From assembly GCA_963836755.1 (NCBI GenBank), contig CAWIKF010000002.1, positions 512,001-576,000 on the forward strand: 64,000 nucleotides of DNA. The letters run 5' to 3'. Shown here one piece after another: positions 57,488 to 64,000 of the stretch. The stretch is from an uncultured Verrucomicrobiae bacterium (GTDB lineage: Bacteria; Verrucomicrobiota; Verrucomicrobiia; Chthoniobacterales; Chthoniobacteraceae). Every line of letters begins with the position of its first letter. Position 1 is the first letter of the stretch. Under the pieces are notes generated by a model. It saw only the letters and a program-made list of their open reading frames with translations, had not been told where the DNA came from and searched no databases. The position numbers and the translations under genes are program-made.

Positions 57488-58804
57488 ATGATCGAACTCA
57501 ATCGCCATTATCATCTCGTGCCGCAAACCAATGATTCGGTGAAAATCAAAATCATCGGCCTCGGCGGCGCGGGCTCAAACGCGCTCGACCGCATCGTGCT
57601 GGACGGCGTGGAAAATGCCGAGCTCGTCGCGATGAATACCGATGTGCAATCGCTGACGAGTTCTGTCGCTAACGAAAAAGTGCAGCTCGGTCGCGAGGCT
57701 ACGCGCGGGCTGGGCGCGGGCGGTGATCCGGAAATCGGCTGCGCTGCGGCGGAGGAAGCCCTCGATGAAATCCGCGCCGTGCTGGAAAATTCCGCGATGA
57801 TTTTTCTCTGCGTCGGCCTCGGCGGAGGCACCGGCTCCGGCGCAGGACCGCTCGTCGCGAGTCTCGCGAAGGAGCAGGGCGCGCTCGTCGTCATATTCGC
57901 GACGATGCCGTTTGGTTTTGAAGGAAAGCGGCGCGCGGCGCAGGCGCAGGAAGCGCTCTTTGCGCTGCAGGCCGCGGCGGATGCGGTGATTTGTTTCGAG
58001 AATGACACGATGGGCGATGCCGTCCCGCCGAAAGCCGGCATTCATCAGGCGTTCGCCGCGGCGGATGAGACGATCAGCCAAAGTGTCCGCGCGATTTCGC
58101 AACTTTTCGCGCGGCCGGGAATTTTGCACATCGGCTTCGGCGATTTGCGCGCGGCGCTCGCGCGTCAAAACCCGCGCTGCCTTTTTGGTTTCGGCGAAGC
58201 CGATGGCGACAACCGAGCGCACGATGCGCTTGCGCGCGCGTTGAAAAATCCGCTGATGAATCGCGGGCAGATGCTCGCGGAAGCGCAAAGCATCCTCGTC
58301 AACGTTGCCGGCGGACCAAACATGACGTTAAACGAAGTTCAAATCCTGATGGACGAATTGGGCAGGCATATCGGCGACGATGCACAAATCTTGTTCGGCA
58401 CCGCGGTCGATCCGAGAATGGGCAACACGATCAGCGTCACGCTTATTTCCTCGCTCGAAGCTGACGCCGCACCGCCGGTAGCAGCGCCGACGCGCAGCCG
58501 TTCGCGCCCGGAAGTCGCTGTCGAGCTCGAGGAGCCGGAGGAAATTATCGAGCCGACTGAAGAGCCCGTTGCTATCGAACCGGCGCCTGCTCAAAAACCG
58601 AAATCGCGACCAAAACCTGCACCTGCAAAAACGTCCGAAGCAACGCCAGAACTCACGCCCGCGGCTCGCGCGGAAGCGAAGCAGGAAACTCTGCAATTTG
58701 AGGCAATCACGCGCGGCCGTTTTGAAAAAAGCGAGCCGACGATTGTCGATGGCCAGGACTTGGATGTTCCAACTTTTCTCCGCAGGAACGTCAGAGTGAA
58801 ATAA
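57488..58804 (+). CDS. ftsZ: Cell division GTPase FtsZ (divergent)
   Basis: NTDVQ, GLGAGGDP, GGGTGSG, PFGFEG, C-terminal DLDVPTFLRR. Confidence 0.94.
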   Translation: MIELNRHYHLVPQTNDSVKIKIIGLGGAGSNALDRIVLDGVENAELVAMNTDVQSLTSSVANEKVQLGREATRGLGAGGDPEIGCAAAEEALDEIRAVLENSAMIFLCVGLGGGTGSGAGPLVASLAKEQGALVVIFATMPFGFEGKRRAAQAQEALFALQAAADAVICFENDTMGDAVPPKAGIHQAFAAADETISQSVRAISQLFARPGILHIGFGDLRAALARQNPRCLFGFGEADGDNRAHDALARALKNPLMNRGQMLAEAQSILVNVAGGPNMTLNEVQILMDELGRHIGDDAQILFGTAVDPRMGNTISVTLISSLEADAAPPVAAPTRSRSRPEVAVELEEPEEIIEPTEEPVAIEPAPAQKPKSRPKPAPAKTSEATPELTPAARAEAKQETLQFEAITRGRFEKSEPTIVDGQDLDVPTFLRRNVRVK

Positions 58805-58805
58805 T

Positions 58806-59921
58806 TTACGCCGACGGCGATTTCTCGACGATCAGGCCCGAAGCCTGTTGATTCCAGCCCGCGCAGGAAACGAGCACGTGCTCGAGTTTTCGGTCTGCTA
58901 ACGCTTCAGGGACGCTCGTGAGCGGCGGCAGCGCATCTGATTTCAGCGCGAGCGCAGCGAGAATCGTTTGCCAGATCCCGCCCGACCCAATCGCGCAACC
59001 AAGTGCCGGCGCGGAAGAATAAACCGGTGTCTGCGGAAAAAACTTCGTGACCGAATCACGCTCCGCGCGATCCAAAAAAGTTCCATTCGCGCAACCGATC
59101 ACCGCGTTCACGCAATGTCCGTGCGCAAGATCAGCATGCACTTTGTTTAACGCAGCGGTTGCGTCTGTTTGTTTAAAAAAAGTTTGCCCCGCATGGATTT
59201 TCGGCAGTTTAAAAATTCCTTCGCGCCCGAGCACCAGTGCGCCCGCGCCTTCCGCGAGCAGCGTGCCTCGTGGCTTTCGCGCGTTCAATGCGATAGTCGG
59301 CTTCGCGCTCGTCAACCGCCACTCGCGATATGCCTCGCACAGCACCCAATCGATTTCTTCCGCGCCGACGACGACACACCGCTCCACGTCCGTCGTTTCC
59401 AATAATTGCTCCGCAAATTTGATCGCGCTGATGCCGACCGAGCCGTCGCCGACGATCGTGTAGCTCATTCCGTTGCTCCCGAGCAGCGCCGCGAGATGGC
59501 TGGCTGGCGCATTGTAAACCGTCTCCGGAAACAACAGCGGGCTCGCCGCGTTCGCGCCTTGCTTGACGATCTGATCGTAAAATTTCCGCGTGTAAATGAC
59601 GCCTCCGCTCGCAATTGCAAACACCACCGCAGTTGTTTCCGCAGCGTCGGGCGTGATTTCAACTCCCGCATTTTCCAGCGCCGCCAAACCCGCCGCGGCG
59701 GCAAAGCACGAAATATTGCTCGAGCGCCGCAGCCGCGGATTGTGTCCGATTTTTTCGACGAGCGTCGGCGGCACTGCAAAATAGAAATGCTTTCGCGGCG
59801 AATCCGCGCAGCTGATCTCGCGCGGGTCGGCGGACTCGCCGCTCATCAGCCGCTGCCAGACCTCATCGAGTCCGGCGCCGAGCGGCGTGACCCAGGCCAT
59901 GCCTTGAATGTGCGCGCTCAT
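58806..59921 (-). CDS. Non-catalytic ketosynthase-like protein (chain-length-factor type)
   Basis: KS fold (WVTPLG, SPLLFPETVYNAPA, AEGAGALVL), but the catalytic Cys position reads IVGDGSVG. Start MSAHIQG overlaps the KS stop. Confidence 0.8.
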   Translation of the reverse strand: MSAHIQGMAWVTPLGAGLDEVWQRLMSGESADPREISCADSPRKHFYFAVPPTLVEKIGHNPRLRRSSNISCFAAAAGLAALENAGVEITPDAAETTAVVFAIASGGVIYTRKFYDQIVKQGANAASPLLFPETVYNAPASHLAALLGSNGMSYTIVGDGSVGISAIKFAEQLLETTDVERCVVVGAEEIDWVLCEAYREWRLTSAKPTIALNARKPRGTLLAEGAGALVLGREGIFKLPKIHAGQTFFKQTDATAALNKVHADLAHGHCVNAVIGCANGTFLDRAERDSVTKFFPQTPVYSSAPALGCAIGSGGIWQTILAALALKSDALPPLTSVPEALADRKLEHVLVSCAGWNQQASGLIVEKSPSA

Positions 59922-61117
59922 CTTTCCAGGACGATTGATGCGTTCGTGCCGCCGAAGCCGAACGAGTTTGAAAGGACGCATTCCAGCGCGGCAGGACGCG
60001 ATTCGTTGGCGACAATGTTTAAATCCCAAGCGGGATCGCACTCGCGAAAGTGGATGTTCGGCGGCAAAAATTGATGCTGCAGCGCGAGCAGCGAAAACAC
60101 AGCTTCGACGGCGCCCGCCGCGCCCAGTGAATGTCCCATCATCGACTTTGTCGAACTGACCGGAACTTTGTTTCCAAAGATTTGCGAGATGGCCGCGCCC
60201 TCGGTCGCATCGTTGAAAATCGTCGCCGTTCCATGCGCATTGATGTAGTCCACCGCGCCGGAATTTTTGCGCGCCGATGCGAGCGCGCGTTCCATCGCCT
60301 GGCGCGGTCCGATGCCGGACGGATGCGGTTGCGTGAGGTGATGATTGTCGGTGGAAATTCCGTAGCCGGTGACCTTCGCCAAAATCTTCGCACCTCGCGA
60401 AGCGGCATGGTCAAAGGATTCCAGGGCGATCAGCGCCGCGCCTTCGCCCAGCACGAGGCCGCTTCGTGCCTTGTCGAACGGACGGATTTTCTCCGGCGTC
60501 GCGGCTTGCAGAGAATCGAACCCGACAAAAACCAATTCCGAAATCGTATCGTAGCCGCCGCACAAAACACGGTCAAATTTTCCGCTGCGCACGAGGGAAA
60601 AGGCATGCCCGATCGCATTCGTGCCCGATGCGCAGGCGTTTGCGATGATTTGCGCCGGCACTGAAAATCCCGCGCTTTCCTGCGCGTCGAGCACCGGCTT
60701 TTGCGGATTGTAATTTGCCAGCCACGCGGCATGTGACGGCGTATTTTTTTGCACAAGAAGCGAGCGGTAAAATGCCTCGCCAAAAGTCATGCCGCCGCTC
60801 GTCGTGCCAATAACCATCAGCTCCGGCGCCAAGTCGGGATCCTGCTGCGTGAGCTCCCGCATGCACGCGATCATCATCCTGCTCGCACGGTGCAGACGCT
60901 TTTGTTTTCGCGTCTCCGCGAACGGAGCCAGCCAATCATCGGGGACTTGTCCGGCTGTGGAAGATTTGCATTTGCTCACATCGAATCGCGTGACGGGCGA
61001 CACGCAATCGCGCTGCGAGCGCAACGCTTCGGCCGTTTCCGCGAGGCCGCAGCCGAGTGGGCTGATGACGCCGGCTGCGACGATGGCGACTTCGCGGCTG
61101 GCGGATTTTTGAGGCAT
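59918..61117 (-). CDS. Beta-ketoacyl-ACP synthase (FabF-like / type II KS)
   Basis: NACASG, GEGAA, INAHGTAT, KSMMGHSLGAAG, SNSFGFGG. Start MPQKSAS. Confidence 0.93.
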   Translation of the reverse strand: MPQKSASREVAIVAAGVISPLGCGLAETAEALRSQRDCVSPVTRFDVSKCKSSTAGQVPDDWLAPFAETRKQKRLHRASRMMIACMRELTQQDPDLAPELMVIGTTSGGMTFGEAFYRSLLVQKNTPSHAAWLANYNPQKPVLDAQESAGFSVPAQIIANACASGTNAIGHAFSLVRSGKFDRVLCGGYDTISELVFVGFDSLQAATPEKIRPFDKARSGLVLGEGAALIALESFDHAASRGAKILAKVTGYGISTDNHHLTQPHPSGIGPRQAMERALASARKNSGAVDYINAHGTATIFNDATEGAAISQIFGNKVPVSSTKSMMGHSLGAAGAVEAVFSLLALQHQFLPPNIHFRECDPAWDLNIVANESRPAALECVLSNSFGFGGTNASIVLER

Positions 61118-61137
61118 CGGGCAAAAGTTATTCGCAG

Positions 61138-62262
61138 ATGAATGTTTCCAAAATCGAAAATTTGTTCGCGGAAAACTTTTCGCAACGCGGCGAGCTCGGC
61201 GCAGCGGTTTCGATCTGGCAGAATGGGCGCGAAATTCTTTCGCTCGCGCACGGCTGGCGTGACCGGCAAAAAGCGGAGCCGTGGACTGAGCGGACGGCGG
61301 TTCTGATTTATTCGGTGACAAAGTCGCTCGCCGCCGCATGCGTCTGGCATTGCATGGAAAAGCGAGCGATCTCGCTACGCGCGCGGGTCGCGGAAATCTG
61401 GCCGGAATTTGGCGCGGCCGGGAAAGAAACGATCACGCTCGGCGACGTGCTTTCGCACCAAGCCGGGCTCGCGGCGCTCGATCGGGAAGTTTCGATTTTT
61501 GATCACGACGCGGTGGCCGCGGAGCTGACGCAGCAGCGGCCCTTGTGGCGCGGCGGGCACGGCTATCATCCGCGCACGTATGGATTTTTACTCGACGAAA
61601 TCGTGCATCGAATCAGCGGAATAACGCTGGGCGAGTATTGGCAGCGCGAGTTTGCGGAGCCGCTCCGTCTTGAGACGTGGATCGGCCTGCCATCAGGGCT
61701 GGAGGTCGAAACTGCCACGATGAATGCAGCGAGGGTCGCACCGGCGGACGATGCTTTTCTGCAACAATTTGCGGATCCAGAATCGCTGACGCACAAGGCG
61801 TTTGGCTCGCCGCGCGGTTTGCACAGCGTTGCGTCGATGAACACGCCGGAAGCTCGCGAGGCGTCTTTTCCAGCGTTCGGCGGGATCAGCACTGGTCGCT
61901 CGCTCGGAAAGTTTTTTGGGATGCTGGCGAATGGCGGTGAAATGGATGGCGCGCGTTATTTTTCCACAGAAACCATCGCGCAAATGTCGGAAACGTTGAC
62001 GACCGGCTACGACAAAGTTTTGCGTTTGATGACGGCGTTTTCCGCCGGCTTCATGAAAGATCCGGTCGATGCGGATGGCGTCAAACTTCGCGCGTCGTTT
62101 GGACCTTCGTTGCGCGCCTTTGGGCAGCCGGGCGCGGGCGGGAGCATCGGTTTTGCCGATCCGGAAAACGGAATCGGCTTCGCTTATGTCATGAATCAGA
62201 TGGAGCCGGGCGTGCTGGCGAATGCGAAGTCGCTGCGGCTGATCGAGGCGATGTATGCGTGA
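61138..62262 (+). CDS. Serine hydrolase, beta-lactamase / family VIII esterase fold
   Basis: YSVTK (SxxK), WPEFGAAGK, LSHQAGL, GYH, FGQPGAGGS. Confidence 0.92.
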   Translation: MNVSKIENLFAENFSQRGELGAAVSIWQNGREILSLAHGWRDRQKAEPWTERTAVLIYSVTKSLAAACVWHCMEKRAISLRARVAEIWPEFGAAGKETITLGDVLSHQAGLAALDREVSIFDHDAVAAELTQQRPLWRGGHGYHPRTYGFLLDEIVHRISGITLGEYWQREFAEPLRLETWIGLPSGLEVETATMNAARVAPADDAFLQQFADPESLTHKAFGSPRGLHSVASMNTPEAREASFPAFGGISTGRSLGKFFGMLANGGEMDGARYFSTETIAQMSETLTTGYDKVLRLMTAFSAGFMKDPVDADGVKLRASFGPSLRAFGQPGAGGSIGFADPENGIGFAYVMNQMEPGVLANAKSLRLIEAMYA

Positions 62263-62282
62263 CTGCGGCTCGGTGAACGTGA

Positions 62283-62310
62283 TTGCTTTCCGGGGCGCAA
62301 ATCATAGATT
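62283..62310 (+). promoter_or_regulatory. Putative sigma70-type promoter
   Basis: TTGCTT-N16-TAGATT, 8 nt before ATG 62319. Confidence 0.4.
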
Positions 62311-62318
62311 GTGCGCTT

Positions 62319-62843
62319 ATGAAATTGGTGCGATGGCTGCGGTTTAGTTGGGATCTGGCAAAGCTGCCGGCACCGCCATTCGCCATGGAACCGCACTACC
62401 AGATCCGCGCTGCGACGCGTGATGAGGCGGATACGGTGCTGCACGTGGTGATGAGTGCGTTTTCCCTGGATGCCGCATGGGCAGACACTTTGAACACGAT
62501 TCGGGAATGGCTCGAGGCGCAAATCGAGGAGTCGCTGTCGCGCAAAGGCGCAGGCTGCCTGGTCATCACGCACGGCGCGCGGATCATCGGCGCGTCGGCG
62601 CTCGACATGAAGCCGGAAGCGGAGTCGCACCTTCTCACGGGGCCGTGCGTTTTGAGCGAATATTGCAGCCGCGGTTTTGGCTCGGCGCTGCTTTATCAAT
62701 CGTTGCTCGTGCTGCGCGACGCAGGGCTTTCGCAGGCGCATGCCATTGCGAAAGGCAACGTGCCGGTGGCGAAATTCATCTATCCAAAGTTTAACTCCGT
62801 GAGCGCGCCGGTCGATTTCGATCCGGTGATGGTCGGTTCGTAA
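62319..62843 (+). CDS. GNAT-family acetyltransferase
   Basis: IRAATRDE and an acetyl-CoA-binding motif A-like [15 protein letters not shown]. Confidence 0.75.
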   Translation: MKLVRWLRFSWDLAKLPAPPFAMEPHYQIRAATRDEADTVLHVVMSAFSLDAAWADTLNTIREWLEAQIEESLSRKGAGCLVITHGARIIGASALDMKPEAESHLLTGPCVLSEYCSRGFGSALLYQSLLVLRDAGLSQAHAIAKGNVPVAKFIYPKFNSVSAPVDFDPVMVGS

Positions 62844-62853
62844 AATTGCGCTG

Positions 62854-64000
62854 ATGGGGCTTCCGACATCAGCAAAGGCGAACGCGTTTTTTTCCGATTA
62901 CGAAGTCGGCGACTTTTATGACGAGATGTTTGAAGCGCCGGGCGTCACGCGGGCGCATTACCACAAACTGCTGGAGCGGTTTCGCGCGATGGATGGCGAG
63001 GACTTTGAGCGCAAGCGCGCGCTCGTCGACAGCACGCTGCTGAACCAGGGCGTCACGTTCACGGTTTACAACGACAACCAGGGAACGGAACGGATTTTTC
63101 CGTTCGATTTGATCCCGCGCATCATTCCCGCGAAGGAATGGGAGCACGTCGAGCGCGGTTTGACACAGCGTATCACGGCGTTAAATCTATTTTTACACGA
63201 CATTTATCACGATCAACGCATCGTGAAGGAAAAAATCGTGCCGGAGGAAGTGGTTCGGAGCGCGGTGCATTTCAGGCCGGAGTTCATGGGGGTCAACGTT
63301 CCGCGGGACATTTACATCCACATCTGCGGCTCTGATTTGATCCGCGACCGCGACGGAAATTACCTTGTGCTCGAGGACAATGGCCGCTGCCCGTCTGGCG
63401 TTTCCTACGTGCTGGAAAATCGGCAGGTGATGAAGCGTGTTTTCCCGACGCTTTTCGCGCGGCATCGTGTGCGGTCGGTCGATTCCTACGGCCAGGAGCT
63501 GCTCAATCTTTTGCGCTACGTCGCGCCGAACGGCGACCCGAATCCGACATGCGTGCTGCTCACGCCGGGCATTTATAACTCGGCATATTTCGAGCATTCG
63601 TTCCTCGCGCGCTCGATGGGAATCGAGATCGTCGTCGGCCAGGATTTGCGCGTGATCGATGACCGCGTCTTCATGAAGACGACGAAAGGCTTGAAAAAAG
63701 TGGACGTGATTTACCGCCGGCTCGATGACGATTTTCTCGATCCGCTTGTCTTTCGCAAAGACTCGATGCTCGGCGTGCCGGGGCTGATCGCGGCGTATCG
63801 GAAAGGGAACGTGAACCTCGCGAATGCTGTGGGGACGGGCGTTGCCGACGACAAGGTGATGTATTACTTCGTGCCGCAGATGATCAAGTTTTACCTCGGC
63901 GAGGATCCGATTTTGCCAAATGTGCCTACGTTTTTGACGATGTTTGAAAAGGATCGGGAATACGTGCTCGAGCATATTCCTGAGCTCGTGATCAAAAGCG
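62854..64000 (+). CDS. Circularly permuted type 2 ATP-grasp protein (partial, runs off window end)
   Basis: My translation: [82 protein letters not shown]. Confidence 0.93.
   Translation, partial: MGLPTSAKANAFFSDYEVGDFYDEMFEAPGVTRAHYHKLLERFRAMDGEDFERKRALVDSTLLNQGVTFTVYNDNQGTERIFPFDLIPRIIPAKEWEHVERGLTQRITALNLFLHDIYHDQRIVKEKIVPEEVVRSAVHFRPEFMGVNVPRDIYIHICGSDLIRDRDGNYLVLEDNGRCPSGVSYVLENRQVMKRVFPTLFARHRVRSVDSYGQELLNLLRYVAPNGDPNPTCVLLTPGIYNSAYFEHSFLARSMGIEIVVGQDLRVIDDRVFMKTTKGLKKVDVIYRRLDDDFLDPLVFRKDSMLGVPGLIAAYRKGNVNLANAVGTGVADDKVMYYFVPQMIKFYLGEDPILPNVPTFLTMFEKDREYVLEHIPELVIKS

Noticed and set aside
61138..62262. Beta-lactamase resistance gene
   Set aside because: Motifs (WPEFG, LSHQAGL, FGQPGAGGS) fit family VIII esterase-like hydrolases, and no signal peptide is evident.
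1..64000. CRISPR arrays, tRNA/rRNA genes, IS elements, prophage or defence genes
   Set aside because: Intergenic gaps are all short, and no spaced repeats, cloverleaf patterns or transposase/integrase/nuclease motifs were recognised.

Overview
GC-rich bacterial chromosomal window. The LpxC-FabZ and MurC-MurB fusions, the LysM gene inside the dcw cluster and the divergent FtsZ suggest Verrucomicrobiota (inference from gene content, not a database result). In order along the window: partial sucC; a minus-strand signalling run (Zn-ribbon/OmpA protein, FHA-FHA-ABC exporter, kinase-pseudokinase-Sel1 protein, lipoprotein); RluA; a cNMP-binding protein; lpxC-fabZ and lpxA; a VanX-type dipeptidase; an SGNH-like/MBOAT acylation pair; small lipoproteins and an FHA/pseudo-receiver protein. 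Next is a ~15 kb NRPS / AT-less PKS-aminotransferase / NRPS cluster with a cupin, a consensus sigma54 promoter and a Cys-type thioesterase, bracketed by three paralogous secreted Cys-His (CHAP/NlpC-P60-like) proteins. Then come a lower-GC MalK-type ATPase/xylA pair, a full dcw cluster (mraZ to ftsZ) with an MraZ box and two small gap-filling ORFs, a KS/CLF-like pair, a serine hydrolase, a GNAT and a partial circularly permuted ATP-grasp gene. No rRNA, tRNA, CRISPR array or mobile element was recognised. The best candidate for an undescribed system is the amidase-bracketed NRPS-PKS cluster at 17253-33936. Start codons were chosen by eye.
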